The notes beneath the pieces were generated by a model. That model saw nothing but the letters and a program-made list of their open reading frames with translations, ran no database searches and had not been told where the DNA came from. Source: a virus. Taken from it: a stretch of 64,000 nucleotides of DNA. The position numbers were made by a program, and so were the translations under genes. Where the stretch lies: positions 46,832-110,831 of the IMG/VR virus record IMGVR_UViG_3300037840_000148. One strand, given 5' to 3'. Below are positions 42,038-53,024 of this stretch, one piece after another (the first letter of the stretch is position 1; every line of letters begins with the position of its first letter).

Positions 42038-42810
42038 CGAAAGCTCTCCGCAGTCCTTGCGCTGCCTTCAAACCACCCGTTGCACGTCTTACAGACATAT
42101 CGTTGCTTCTGCCTTAGTGCTGTATAACTAAACCCGCGCTTCTGGATATCTTTCGAACTACACCGTGGGCATGCTTCCATCTGACCTTGATTGACGTTCG
42201 GATGGCCGGGTGCCCATGCTTGCATTAGATAATAAATCTGCTCTAGTAATTCAACGTCATGAGCGTTGTACTGTTTCATCTGCGCCCATGCTTTCTTATC
42301 ACCGAGCATGCAACCGCGCCACAAATGAAAACCTGTCGTTGGTAATTTACGGCCGATACCCAAGTAATGACCGAGGTCATCTAATTTATTACTATCAAAA
42401 CGAAATATTTTTCTTGCAATTTTCACTGTGTCTATGGTTTTATAAGGAGAAGGAGGGGCAAGTTTGTGTAAAATGAAACGAGTATTTGATTTTTTAATAT
42501 CAAAATCGTCCCCATTATGTCCAACAATAATATCCGCATTATCAAATACCGTCCATAAATCTGCAATCAGTTTTCCGTCATTTTCCGGATCTTTTAGATA
42601 TCCTGAATAATCAATCAACCCCTTCACATGAACCTTGTTTTGTCCTGCTATTTTATATGCGAAACTCAGCATATACCAATCTCGATCAAAATCGATTATT
42701 GTTTGATCATATTTACCCCAACAAAAACCTAAGCTGGGGGCTGTCTCCACATCTAAAAATACTATGCGGGCTGCTGAGGACTGTTGTGATTTATTAATCT
42801 TTTTATCCAA
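42034..42810 (-). CDS. RNase H-fold 3'-5' exonuclease with C-terminal Zn ribbon
   Basis: FLDVET, GHNGDDFD, SNKLD, YN..DV; CPRC...CKTC. Confidence 0.8.
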   Translation of the reverse strand: MDKKINKSQQSSAARIVFLDVETAPSLGFCWGKYDQTIIDFDRDWYMLSFAYKIAGQNKVHVKGLIDYSGYLKDPENDGKLIADLWTVFDNADIIVGHNGDDFDIKKSNTRFILHKLAPPSPYKTIDTVKIARKIFRFDSNKLDDLGHYLGIGRKLPTTGFHLWRGCMLGDKKAWAQMKQYNAHDVELLEQIYYLMQAWAPGHPNVNQGQMEACPRCSSKDIQKRGFSYTALRQKQRYVCKTCNGWFEGSARTAESFR

Positions 42811-43493
42811 TTTTTAAACCCCTCTAATGACTGACTACTTTTAGCCCTATTACAAGGAGAACAACAGGGTACGCAGTTATCTAAGATATAGCCGATTTTA
42901 TTATCAACCCGATCTATGCCGTTATAAACGTATGTACCGCTTGCGACTGATTTGGAAACTCCTTGAGGCTCTACACCACAATAGCGACAATTGCTTGATG
43001 TTAGAAATCTAAGCTCTTCCCTTGATAATTTAAAAACCAGACCTCTTTTATTATTCTTATAACTATAAAACACCGCATTAAAAGCAGCATCTTTATTAAG
43101 GCGGGAGCATCCACAAGTTTTAATTTTCTTACTTCTAAGAGAATGGCTTCTAACTTCTACTTCTCGTCCACAATCACACCTAACTTTCCAAAATACAACT
43201 CTATGTTTAGCATCTCCTCTTACCTCGCTCTCAGAAAGAACTACTAATTTTCCAAATCTTTTTCCTATTGGAATATTAATTCTTCTTTTCGCTCCATACT
43301 TTAAACAGCCACAACTAGAGGTTTTACCCGTACTTAATAACCAACTCCCAACTATTTTAGTTCCACCGCACGAACACTTACATAACCACCAAACTTTATA
43401 TTTAACTTTTCGCACTTTCTCGACAACTGTTAATCTTCCAAAAACTTTTCCAGTTAAATCTTTTAATTTAGCCACCTCTTTCTTCTCTCCCAA
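42762..43493 (-). CDS. free-standing HNH homing endonuclease
   Basis: two FG.L.V..W.C.C.CG repeats; CRYCG, GIDRVDNKIGY..NCVPCC..CN.AK. Confidence 0.85.
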   Translation of the reverse strand: MGEKKEVAKLKDLTGKVFGRLTVVEKVRKVKYKVWWLCKCSCGGTKIVGSWLLSTGKTSSCGCLKYGAKRRINIPIGKRFGKLVVLSESEVRGDAKHRVVFWKVRCDCGREVEVRSHSLRSKKIKTCGCSRLNKDAAFNAVFYSYKNNKRGLVFKLSREELRFLTSSNCRYCGVEPQGVSKSVASGTYVYNGIDRVDNKIGYILDNCVPCCSPCNRAKSSQSLEGFKNWIKRLINHNSPQQPA

Positions 43494-43518
43494 AGTACTC
43501 TGCTATGCCACACCATTT
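43488..43518 (-). promoter_or_regulatory. GGTGTGGCA-N8-TACnnT motif, copy 2
   Basis: minus strand AAATGGTGTGGCAtagcagagTACTTTGGGA. Confidence 0.65.
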
Positions 43519-43701
43519 AAATTTCTTTCCAAAAAGCAATCGGGATAATGATGGCCGCCGCTACCGCTACATAAATCATGGCTGCGGTTATTAATTTATC
43601 CTCTAAACCACGAGATTGATGAAACATCGACGTGAAAGCAGCAGATAAAATAAGAAATGGTGCGTCTACCGCCGATATAACAAAGATCTTATAGATTGTC
43701 T

Positions 43702-44100
43702 TCATAAAACTTTTTGATCCTTAAGATATTTCCTGTGTCGTTTAGTCCCAAACCGACCCGGAAACGTGAATATCTCTCTACCTAATGCCTTGACCGCGGG
43801 CGGGTCAGTCAGGAACTCGGCCATCCTAGTTAACATCAACGCAACGTCTGTGCCTTTCGGCCACGTTCGTTCCATCCTGCCTATCGCTCTATTGCACGTC
43901 GAACACAGAAGCCCGCGAAAAATTCCTGTCCGGTGGCTGTGATCTGTAGCAAGACGCTTACCAGATTTCTGAGGTTTATGGCAAACGAAGCAAACGCCAA
44001 GCTGATACGATAATACGACATCCCACAGTTCCATCGTGAGGTTGAAAAATTTCTTTAACCGCTGCTCGCGTGCCCTTTCTTTCGACTTTTGATTTGCCAT
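43702..44100 (-). CDS. endonuclease VII-family nuclease
   Basis: QLGVCFVC, LATDHSH.TG..RGLLCSTCN. Confidence 0.85.
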   Translation of the reverse strand: MANQKSKERAREQRLKKFFNLTMELWDVVLSYQLGVCFVCHKPQKSGKRLATDHSHRTGIFRGLLCSTCNRAIGRMERTWPKGTDVALMLTRMAEFLTDPPAVKALGREIFTFPGRFGTKRHRKYLKDQKVL

Positions 44101-44131
44101 CCCACGGTAGGAGGGAATGCCACACCATTTT
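44100..44131 (-). promoter_or_regulatory. GGTGTGGCA-N8-TACnnT motif, copy 3
   Basis: minus strand AAAATGGTGTGGCAttccctccTACCGTGGG immediately before ATG. Confidence 0.65.
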
Positions 44132-44509
44132 AGCCGTCTGGGAGGGGGACAAATTCACATCAGGTGTCTACAACTTTTCCGACGATTTTGGCTAGCCGGA
44201 AATTCAGTTTAGAGGTAAAAATACCCCAAAATGGGTAAAAATGTTACAACACGGCTTCTCCGCGTGTATCACCATAGAACTGCGTCACGGACCTGCTTGT
44301 ATCTACACCGATAGCGTGCTTCCGGGCGCATCCAGAGCAATAATATGCCTTCGGGGTGTTTTGATCCATATCGGCGTAAACTTCGTCACAGCGGCCTTCT
44401 AATAGCCCTGTACTGGCACTCCTGTAAGGCAAGGAGCCTGCCAGCTTGTATTCCTGACAGCCTGAGCAAATGACTGAGAATGATTCGCCTTCGACTAGTT
44501 GGAATGACA

Positions 44510-45028
44510 TCACGCCACCATCCAATCAGGGACTTTGACAAACCGTCGAAAGAACCAACGATCAGGAGACATTATTTTTGGGGTTCGATGATGGACAGAC
44601 TTATTTCGAATCAAAAGAACGTCGCCGGGAACGGCATTCAAGATTGTATCATCAGGGAGTTTTATTTCGGTTTGTTCACGATTAGACCACAAGACCATTC
44701 CGAGACTCGGGTCATTATCGATTGGCATATCTTGGTGCCATTGCGGAAAACCTGCATAGCCTTTTGTGTAATTTTCTGGTGATCTGACTTCCGCATCTAT
44801 GCCGTCATGCCAATCAGCGGACGGCCATGAACCTTTTTTAAAACCTATGAGATTTTGGTCGATAGTAATTTTAACAAGATGTCCGGCTATCTTTTTACTA
44901 TCAAGTTTTCGCGGATTATACTTCCCAATAACCGCGACTCCTGGTGCAAGCATTTTAGGATAGGACTTCATTATTTGCCCGCCTTTCTTCGCGCTGACGC
45001 TTGCCGCACGGCCTTGATGTGGTCGCAA
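44510..45028 (-). CDS. hypothetical protein, 2OG-Fe(II)-like His motifs
   Basis: WHQD...VHHRTP...RWFFR. Confidence 0.45.
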   Translation of the reverse strand: MRPHQGRAASVSAKKGGQIMKSYPKMLAPGVAVIGKYNPRKLDSKKIAGHLVKITIDQNLIGFKKGSWPSADWHDGIDAEVRSPENYTKGYAGFPQWHQDMPIDNDPSLGMVLWSNREQTEIKLPDDTILNAVPGDVLLIRNKSVHHRTPKIMSPDRWFFRRFVKVPDWMVA

Positions 45029-45216
45029 TTCCTTCGCCGTCCGGTCTCGATGAATAGCTGCGCTTCACAATCACACAGCCACCTTTCCATCCCGGCCTTG
45101 CGGATATAAATAACGTTGTGTTCTTTCTCTGGTGTACTACGTGACTCGACTTTTGCGTACAGCCTGACGCCGTGACGCTGATGGTTCTTTTCAGGGTGAA
45201 ACATTTTGATTTTCAT
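44971..45216 (-). CDS. SWIM-type Zn-finger protein
   Basis: WLCDC...CDHI; AGGAGG SD. Confidence 0.65.
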   Translation of the reverse strand: MKIKMFHPEKNHQRHGVRLYAKVESRSTPEKEHNVIYIRKAGMERWLCDCEAQLFIETGRRRNCDHIKAVRQASARRKAGK

Positions 45217-45235
45217 TTTATCCTCCTGATTTTAT

Positions 45236-45733
45236 TTATTCAGATTTTGGAAAAATAGTCTTACCATCCCACGGACACCCCTCATGACATACCTTCGCAT
45301 GAACTAATGTTGCTAAGTCCGCGTACGCCTTCTGCCAGTCCGCGTACGCCTTCTGCCAGTCCGCGTACGCCTTCTGCCAGTCCGCGTCCGCCTTCTGCCA
45401 GTCCGCGTACGCCTTCTGCCAGTCCGCGTACGCCTTCTGCCAGTCCGCGTCCGCCTTCTGCCTGTCCGCGTACGCCTTCTTATGTTTTCTTAATTGTGCG
45501 TCTGAAACTGGACGAAATAAACGAAGACGTAAGGCTTGTTCGTGTTGTGACTTTGAAGACAAAATATAACTAATACGATTCTCGGCGTCTTCTTGGAGTG
45601 GTTCTCCTAAAACTTCATGGTGACAATGCAAAACAAGTGCGCCAATTTTGGTTTTTGCAAAAGCCTTTCGGCAAGCTTTTGCTTCTTCTTCGATTGATTT
45701 CAATTTTAACTTCTTTGTCTTTTTGAGTTTCAT
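45236..45733 (-). CDS. heptad-repeat (ADWQKAY) protein
   Basis: start at MKLKK after AAGGA; eight heptads; C-terminal CPWDGKTIF. Confidence 0.7.
   Translation of the reverse strand: MKLKKTKKLKLKSIEEEAKACRKAFAKTKIGALVLHCHHEVLGEPLQEDAENRISYILSSKSQHEQALRLRLFRPVSDAQLRKHKKAYADRQKADADWQKAYADWQKAYADWQKADADWQKAYADWQKAYADWQKAYADLATLVHAKVCHEGCPWDGKTIFPKSE
45316..45480. repeat. 21-bp tandem repeat, about 8 copies
   Basis: agtccgcgt(a/c)cgccttctgcc units. Confidence 0.95.
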
Positions 45734-46378
45734 TTTAATTTCCTTTTCACTAGATTTTAACAATCTTGACCTGAGTGTGTCGTTTGACGCTGACGGGCTC
45801 CTTCCGGCGGTCCCGTAGCTGTTCACTCCCGCCGCTTGTGTCACGCTGGACTGTGACGAAACGGAATGGGTGCTTCGGGCAGATGAATGTCTTCAAGCCG
45901 TCGCCGCGGCCTTTCAATGCTTCTCCGCAAGTAGCGCAAGTATATTGTTTTGCCATATTATTTCTCCTTTCTTGAAATTAAATCGACTGCCGCACCGGCG
46001 GAAAATTCTATGACGGTTTGTTGCCAATATTCAATCGTGTCTTCGTCTAACGGCTGACCAAAGTGGAAACTGATTGTGACTTCCTCGCATCCCGGCAACA
46101 AGCCTGCGGATTGGTCGCCGTGCCAACGGGCTTCGAATTTTAGTTCAGTCATCGTTCTCTAACTCCTCTGTTTCGATGATTTCCGTTTCTTCCAGATTGT
46201 GATCGTAATAGTTGAATTCTATTTCTTCATTGTGTGCCATCACGAGAGCCTTTTCTTCTGCTTCATTCAGACTCGTGGCTTCGACGTTGATGTATGCATA
46301 CAAACGTGTCGGGATGTTCAGTTCGACTTTGTATATTCGTTGTTGTGTCATGTTTCTCCTTTTTAATAATTTAGTAAT

Positions 46379-46969
46379 CTAGTAATCAATTGCTTCCTGC
46401 CGCGTGATAAAGAAATGAATCCCAGGCGAGCACTCGACACGCGGATCGTTGTCCCATTCATCAGGAACAACTAACGCGCCCGGTTTGTATTCAAACTCAG
46501 GATTGTGTTGACTGAAACCTTGGCCTTCCACTACGATTGCCTTGGACGCCCTGCACTTTCGTCCTGTGTATCCGCCGACACGCTCGGCATCCTCTGGGAT
46601 ATAGAGTTTCACGATTGTTTTATCGTATAATTTCTTGAAACCTATGAATGAACCTTCTTCGGGCACAATGGAATAAATGCCTGTCGCGCCGCTGAGGTTC
46701 GCGCTGCGGAGGTTCGCGCTGCGGAGGTCCGCGCTGCGGAGGTCCGCGCCGCGGAGGTTCGCGCCGCTGAGGTCCGCAGCGCGGAGGTCCGCGCCGCGGA
46801 GGTCCGCGCCGCTGAGGTTCGCGCTGCGGAGGTTCGCGCTGCGGAGGTCCGCGCTGCGGAGGTCCGCGCCGCTTTTGATAGCGGCGAGAATCAAAGCACG
46901 GAAACTCTCTGCTTCATCTTGATAAATTACGGCTCCGGTCCATCGATTCTTGATTTCAGATTTTGGCAT
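46379..46969 (-). CDS. pentapeptide-repeat protein with DUF5758-like C-terminus
   Basis: A(D/N)L(R/S)x repeats; [19 protein letters not shown]. Confidence 0.88.
   Translation of the reverse strand: MPKSEIKNRWTGAVIYQDEAESFRALILAAIKSGADLRSADLRSANLRSANLSGADLRGADLRAADLSGANLRGADLRSADLRSANLRSANLSGATGIYSIVPEEGSFIGFKKLYDKTIVKLYIPEDAERVGGYTGRKCRASKAIVVEGQGFSQHNPEFEYKPGALVVPDEWDNDPRVECSPGIHFFITRQEAIDY
46685..46872. repeat. 15-bp tandem repeats encoding pentapeptides
   Basis: gcgg/gctg-aggt(t/c)cgcgc units. Confidence 0.9.
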
Positions 46970-47312
46970 TGTCGTTTCCTTTCGATTTGATTACTTTAAT
47001 TGGGTACGCTTCCGTGTCTAATACCATACCATCAAAATACATATCCCGCTCGGCGGGGAGGCCAAAATTGCCTCTTGCTTCCTGCAATTCAGACAGCCTG
47101 AAATAGCCTAATTCTGATTCCAAACCCTCGACGAGCCCGAAGAATTCCCAATCACCGTTTTCTAATTTGTCGCCTTCTGTTACATACCACGTCCAACTTG
47201 AATCAGGCGTGAAAAATTTGACAATCACTTTCGGGTATTTTGCGCCGTCGTATGAACCTAACGGAGATTTTTCGAGTTGTTTGATAATCGCGCTTGTTAA
47301 AAGTTTCATCAT
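46956..47312 (-). CDS. DUF2958-like protein
   Basis: [16 protein letters not shown]...FFGLV.G.E.ELGYF.LSEL...ERD.YF. Confidence 0.82.
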   Translation of the reverse strand: MMKLLTSAIIKQLEKSPLGSYDGAKYPKVIVKFFTPDSSWTWYVTEGDKLENGDWEFFGLVEGLESELGYFRLSELQEARGNFGLPAERDMYFDGMVLDTEAYPIKVIKSKGNDNAKI

Positions 47313-47766
47313 TTCACCGCCTTCTGGTATTCACGATACCGGACAAGAATGTTACCGTGTCCGAATTTAAAATGGTTTCTATTAACCCAATCAAGAAATG
47401 AGTAGGCTGTTTTGTATTCCACTCCGGTCATTTGTTCCTCGACCAGATACAAAGTTTCATTTGGATTGTAGCTGCCTGTCGTGCTGACAGCCACTAAAAG
47501 CAATGAGGCGAGTCTGGGTGTCATCACTTCACCTTCGCAATCTTGCCGTCAACCATCGTGACTTCCGCGAACCACTTCCGCTCGTAAGGTGACGGCCCGA
47601 CGACACAGAACTTCCCCGTTTCTTTGTACTCTGGGCCGAATGCGCTTGTCTCGATGAAACGCAACGGCTGACCGACTGCGGCTTTCAAGTCTTTCTTTGT
47701 CTTGTAGCTGGCTCCCATCATTGGCGTTTCCTCCTATTGAGAGATTAACAAAGATTGAAAATCATG

Positions 47767-48096
47767 TCAAGACATTTCTGAGAATATTTCAATAATCTTT
47801 TCGATACCTTTGTCGAATGATCCTGCTTCCTTTTGCCAGCCGTATGTTCCGTTATCTCGCAATGCGCCAGTAATGTAGACTTGCGGGAAACCTGCGGTCT
47901 CGCCATTACTGGCTCGTGAAATATCATACCGGATATTGAAACTACCAATTTTCTGACTACCCTCGACTTCATTACGGCACAGGCTATGATTGCCGTAGAA
48001 AACACTGACGCCACGTTGTTCTAATTGGCGTTTGATCGTTTGCAGCCTGTTATAGATTCGGCTGTTGATTTGTTTCTGTGATAGTCCGGCTCCCAT
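47767..48096 (-). CDS. hypothetical early protein
   Basis: AGGAGG SD, own promoter. Confidence 0.6.
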   Translation of the reverse strand: MGAGLSQKQINSRIYNRLQTIKRQLEQRGVSVFYGNHSLCRNEVEGSQKIGSFNIRYDISRASNGETAGFPQVYITGALRDNGTYGWQKEAGSFDKGIEKIIEIFSEMS

Positions 48097-48164
48097 CGGT
48101 GTTTCCTCCTATCAAGAGTATCGCAAATTCCGGTTTCGGTGTCAAGGACTTTCTTAAATTATTT

Positions 48165-48482
48165 TTACCAAGGGTCCGTGTCTTGTTTACAAGCTTGTTT
48201 GATAGCCAGATCAAATTCTCGTGACTTATCTGAGCCCGGTTCTAGAACATGGTTTAATATTGAATAGATTTGTCCGACATTGACGTTTCGTTCCAGCAAT
48301 GGTTCATTCAATGGAATGTACCGTTTGTAGACTGTCCAGCCCGACACTGTATCCGCAGAAATACGGTGTGCCTCGACGTTCCAATTTTCGTTAGCGTATT
48401 TATTCAACTGCAGGACTAGCTCTTGATGGTCGCGCCACTCGACACCGATAAATTCGTACCGCGTTTTACGTTCATAGCTCAT
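48165..48482 (-). CDS. hypothetical early protein
   Basis: 105-aa ORF with GAGGAG SD. Confidence 0.55.
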   Translation of the reverse strand: MSYERKTRYEFIGVEWRDHQELVLQLNKYANENWNVEAHRISADTVSGWTVYKRYIPLNEPLLERNVNVGQIYSILNHVLEPGSDKSREFDLAIKQACKQDTDPW

Positions 48483-48806
48483 TTGTTTTTCTCCTCTCGT
48501 TCCTGTTCAAGAATCCACTTGACTGCTTCGCGCTTTAAATTGAAACGCCGGATAAATTCGTTAAGCAGATAAACGTCCCACCACTTACCGTGAGTCTGCC
48601 GGATGATTTTGTATTTCATCGCGTTGTCATTTTTCCTGATTCATCCTCGACTTCAATTATAAAATCAAATTGCGGCTGCAGAATTTTTAATCTTTCGAGT
48701 GCCGCCAATGCGTTTGCTTCAAAACCAAATGGGCCTTCCCACGTTATGCGGCAATGACTCTGTTTGCCATAATCAATGTCTTGGATGACGTAATAAATTT
48801 TTGACA

Positions 48807-49313
48807 TTAGCGTGCCTCCAATCGATTCAGACGTTCCCAAAGTTCATTTATTTGTCCCTGTGTAATCGCGGGCTTCTCCGGTTGTTGTTCCGGTATTTCC
48901 AGCTTGTATACTAAACGGACGAGGCTTCGCGGTCCTGAAATTGAGCCTGCGTCATGGATTACGCCGTCGATTAAAGCTTGTGCGTGGCTTCTGGTAATCA
49001 GGATGTAACGGCCTTGTTTAAACTTAAACAGAATATCCTGCAGTGTCGGATAAAGCTTCCGGTAAGTCCGGCTGGTGATGTCAAACGTCCTGATAAATTC
49101 AAACTTCGCGCCGACTGCAGGAATGGCCTTGTCCAGCATAAATGTCTTCGAGCCTTTACGGTCCCGACGGCCTTGCGCCTTCAAAGCGGCGTGAGCCTTT
49201 GCGTACGGGACGTTTGCCGCGATTGCTAATGCCCTGACTGCACAATCGTTGTACTCGTGCTGGAATCCTTCTTGGACCTTTCCGCCGTCTGTTGTTTGGA
49301 GTCTGATGGACAT
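48807..49313 (-). CDS. conserved phage protein with Cys/His (papain-like) motifs
   Basis: NDCAVRALAIA...SHAQALIDGVIHD. Confidence 0.65.
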   Translation of the reverse strand: MSIRLQTTDGGKVQEGFQHEYNDCAVRALAIAANVPYAKAHAALKAQGRRDRKGSKTFMLDKAIPAVGAKFEFIRTFDITSRTYRKLYPTLQDILFKFKQGRYILITRSHAQALIDGVIHDAGSISGPRSLVRLVYKLEIPEQQPEKPAITQGQINELWERLNRLEAR

Positions 49314-49546
49314 CGCGCCCTCCGGTTAATTTGCTTACAACTCAATTCTAGCAGAACGGTGTTTGATGTCAAGAACTATTTTAAGAATTATTCTTCAAGC
49401 GAGTCAATATACATATCAATCTCGTCACGAAGGCCGCGCAGGTTCTCACGCGCCTTCGATTGGCTGACTGATTGATCGCTGAACAAATCAGTAATTGCTT
49501 TCAGCGCGGCGTCATACAACTCTTCGTTGTCCATTTTATTCTCCTG

Positions 49547-49879
49547 TTAATCAGCGTAATGGTCGCTGATCTTATTCGCTTCTGACATCAGTGGCTCCAT
49601 ATTTACCGAATAATCACTGATGACATCCCAACCATCATTCCCGTAGACAAAGAATACCCACCCGACTCGCTTGCCGTTTGTCGGATTCCAGACGTATAGA
49701 TGTTCTTCGTCAGTTTGAAACATCCCTGCGAGAATCTCGTCTTGATTATTCGAGGGTTTCGTTTCTTCGTCTTCGTCGCCGCCATTATCAATTGAGATTG
49801 TAAAACCTGCCGCTAACGCTTGATTGATAAAGGCCGCGGCTATCTTCCGTTCGACTTCCTGACGCATCTTGACTGACAT
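49547..49879 (-). CDS. hypothetical early protein
   Basis: GWVFFVYGNDGWDVISDYS. Confidence 0.65.
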   Translation of the reverse strand: MSVKMRQEVERKIAAAFINQALAAGFTISIDNGGDEDEETKPSNNQDEILAGMFQTDEEHLYVWNPTNGKRVGWVFFVYGNDGWDVISDYSVNMEPLMSEANKISDHYAD

Positions 49880-50145
49880 TATTCACCATCCTTTTTGAGT
49901 AGGCCGCGTTTAATCGCGTCAATCACTAACTGGCGATCTGACAACTTATGCAAACTATTCGTGTGAACCAAACCTGCGAACCTGCCGTTGTATTCAACGT
50001 GTGCGTGTTGCATTGTGTTAGCCTTGGGGCATCCGGGCATGTTGACGACTTTGACGATGCTGCCGGGAACAAGTTCTGTCCTGCCGTCGATACGGTCTAG
50101 CATGTTTGGGTAGTAAATATATTCGCAATTCGCTCGGACTCTCAT
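49879..50145 (-). CDS. hypothetical early protein
   Basis: AGGAGG SD. Confidence 0.6.
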   Translation of the reverse strand: MRVRANCEYIYYPNMLDRIDGRTELVPGSIVKVVNMPGCPKANTMQHAHVEYNGRFAGLVHTNSLHKLSDRQLVIDAIKRGLLKKDGE

Positions 50146-50202
50146 TCTCGTTGCCTCCTGTAATGAGTATCAGGTATTCACGGATTGTTGTCAAGTGGTA
50201 TT

Positions 50203-50499
50203 TTAAGAACTTGCCCACCCAAAGAATAAATAGCTGTTGTCATCATATTGGATACAACCCGCATCTCCCCATTTGTCATCAATTCGTGGATCGCTATCTT
50301 CGATGAGTTTGTCGGCGCGTTCCTGAGCCTCTTCTAACGTCTTTGCGCGAGGCTTGATTACAACGAAGCTGCATTTCTCCGCGATGGTCCCAGTGTAGCC
50401 CGCATGACCGTAATCATACAAAGCTTCATCGACGGCCTTCTGGAATGCTTCTTTCGGTGTCTTGCCGCTTGCTGTTTGTTGGAAAACTTCTGCGCCCAT
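50203..50499 (-). CDS. conserved phage hypothetical protein
   Basis: YGH.GYTGTIAEK...DKWGDAGC...FFGWASS. Confidence 0.7.
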   Translation of the reverse strand: MGAEVFQQTASGKTPKEAFQKAVDEALYDYGHAGYTGTIAEKCSFVVIKPRAKTLEEAQERADKLIEDSDPRIDDKWGDAGCIQYDDNSYLFFGWASS

Positions 50500-51123
50500 T
50501 GGTGTATCCTCCTAATTTTTATTTTGATTCTATTACTATTACCAATCAAAAGCCGTGCATACTGGTCCGCATTTCCCTTGACTGTGTGGACCGCCGGGAG
50601 CGAAGTGTTCGTGGATGTCTTGGATACGTTGCGCGTCTTGGCGCTTTTTCAGGTCATTCCAACCTGCCCGTGGCTTTGCGCCTTGTTTGAGTTCTTGGCA
50701 GCGTGGGCAGGACTCGTCGTAACGATTGAATACTCGTTTGCAATCGGTGTTGTGGACGGTTTTCATTACCGCACCTTGTAATTTGTGACGAGGATAGCCA
50801 GACCAAACACAGTGACAAACAACGTCCGCTCTGCGGTCATCCAACGAGCCTTGCGATCAGTGTGCTTTGCAAATTGGATTTTCATTTGGTTGCCTCTCTT
50901 TCTGGAATGAGAATAGCAAAAGCCGGAAATCGTGTCAAGTACTATTTTGAATTATTTTTAGGTTTCGAGTTAAATCCGCAAATTCTAAGAGTATATAACC
51001 CAATCGGAACAACAATCACTTTATCAAATTTCTTGCACAAACGTTGTTGATATCGTTCTGCCTGTTTGAGACCTTCTGGTGTGCTCGTGTCGAAAGTCAT
51101 GGATTCCAACGCCATATATCCTC

Positions 51124-51387
51124 CTATCGATTACCACGTGTGTCTTGGATGTGCTCGATTATTGTAAGCATTTCCAGACCGATCTGTTTGACTTGCATAT
51201 ACCGCTCGGTGAATTCTTTTCTTGCTTCCTCAAATGCCTCGGGTGATTGGACGTAATAGTCCCGGGCGTTGAATTCGATCCGGCTGAATGCATCTAGTAG
51301 CTCTTGCGCCTTGACGTAAGCTTCCGTGTATCCTTCAATCAGGATATCCGCGGGCGTACCATTCAGGTGGATTGTTGGTTTAATCAT
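51124..51387 (-). CDS. conserved phage hypothetical protein
   Basis: PTIHLNGT...NARDYY. Confidence 0.65.
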   Translation of the reverse strand: MIKPTIHLNGTPADILIEGYTEAYVKAQELLDAFSRIEFNARDYYVQSPEAFEEARKEFTERYMQVKQIGLEMLTIIEHIQDTRGNR

Positions 51388-51696
51388 TTGGTCTCCTCAG
51401 TGTCCGATTGACGGACAGACGGGCCGGAGCCCGTTTCGACCTACTTGCAGACTTCTGATAATTCGATGTTGTAAACGATTGAACCATCAGTCAAGGTTTC
51501 TTCCACGAGGGATAACCGGACGGAATCCGAATTGAGCGTTACATAGACAGTTTCGGAGTCAGTGACATAAGTCATGGACTTCAAGGCTTCAATCATTTGT
51601 GGAACATTGTCTACTGCGATTCGTTCGATTACTCGTTTCATTGTCGTTCCTCCTAAATGAGATTAATACGTCAGCCGGGACGTGTCAAGGATTATT

Positions 51697-51948
51697 TTAA
51701 CTATTTTCAACTTGCGGCATTACTCCACGTTGGCGGTCTTCCGCGATTCGTTCTTGAATCTTGGCGTATTCGCGTGGGCATTGATTCTTGATATATTCTC
51801 GGGTATCGGAGAACAAACCGTTGAATGTCCGCTCAGTGTCTCCTGCGGTCCAGATATCACCAAGCAAATTGTCCCAATCGAGGACTTCATAATCATTAGT
51901 TCCTCGGACGTTTGTTACATTGCCGCCTTCGACTTCGATGATAATCAT
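51697..51948 (-). CDS. hypothetical early protein
   Basis: AGGAGG SD, own promoter. Confidence 0.6.
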   Translation of the reverse strand: MIIIEVEGGNVTNVRGTNDYEVLDWDNLLGDIWTAGDTERTFNGLFSDTREYIKNQCPREYAKIQERIAEDRQRGVMPQVENS

Positions 51949-52258
51949 GTGTTGCCTCCTATAGAGAGATTAGCAAAACCTGATTTTGTTGTCAAGCTTT
52001 ATTTTGATTATTTTCAAATTATTTTGGTGTGTAAAAATTACCCATTCAACCCGGTCGTCGGATCGATTAAGTGGACTATCTTCGGATCGTATTTGGTGCC
52101 TGAGCCTCGTTCTTCTATGACGTGGGCTCGGAGCATCATATCATAGACTGGCTGGAAGTCTTTCCGATATTTGATTCGCTTTGCTAAATCACGATAGTTT
52201 AACTCGTGGTCTTTCGTGTTGATTAAGAATAAGGCTATTTTCTGTTGTGTCGAACGCA

Positions 52259-53008
52259 TCATTTTGCCTCCTGTGGCAACTGGTATCTATCTCTAAACTC
52301 TTTCATTGTTAGCAATGTGACATTCCTCGCCGCGGCTCGGACCTTGGCCCGTTTTGAAAAACTCATAGCTACTAGCATTTTAAGTGGCGCATTAGATGAA
52401 TCAGCGAAGTGGCTGACATCTTTAGGACCGACACACTTAAACGCCTTTGATTGTACGTCGATGTCCGGCTTGCATTGAATATCAACACCCATCGCGTTTA
52501 TGTTTGTCATAACCGTCTGAGGATAAATCCTGATAAGTCGTTGATATATCTCGGCTTCTTGCTCATCACCACGTTGCTGTTTTAGTGTTCTGGAAGACTT
52601 TTTCGTCACTGGAATTGAATCAGTAAGTTGTGGTATAGTCGGAGTAATAGGTATTATTTTCAATATCTTGGCTTGTTTCTTAGCCTCTTTTAATGCTTTC
52701 TTTTGCAAGTCTAATTCATGTCTCTTTACTCCTTCGTCCGTCCATTGACAAGAAAGCGATACATGTTTTATTCGCTTCGGGCTAAGCTGACCTTGTTTGT
52801 GTCCGTCGGCAAGCGTACAGCGGTGGGTTATTTTTGTGTCAGGGTCAGTCCAAACTGAGCTACATCTAAACGCCGATGAACCTAGCGCCGCGTTCTCTGC
52901 CTGTGCTAACCGTTTTTGATATTTCTCTATGCTGTTCGTCCAATGATATCGTTGGGCTATTTGTATCTCATATTTCAGGTACTCAATTTGATGCCAAATT
53001 GTGACCAT
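52259..53008 (-). CDS. protein with C-terminal Mrr-like PD-(D/E)XK domain
   Basis: G..QE, GVDI...VQSK, V..F, FS..A...A....V.L. Confidence 0.5.
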   Translation of the reverse strand: MVTIWHQIEYLKYEIQIAQRYHWTNSIEKYQKRLAQAENAALGSSAFRCSSVWTDPDTKITHRCTLADGHKQGQLSPKRIKHVSLSCQWTDEGVKRHELDLQKKALKEAKKQAKILKIIPITPTIPQLTDSIPVTKKSSRTLKQQRGDEQEAEIYQRLIRIYPQTVMTNINAMGVDIQCKPDIDVQSKAFKCVGPKDVSHFADSSNAPLKMLVAMSFSKRAKVRAAARNVTLLTMKEFRDRYQLPQEAK

Positions 53009-53024
53009 AAAACCTCCAAATTAT

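Noticed and set aside
45316-46872. CRISPR array or DGR repeats
   Set aside because: The repeats are contiguous, in-frame coding units without spacers, and no cas or reverse transcriptase gene is present.
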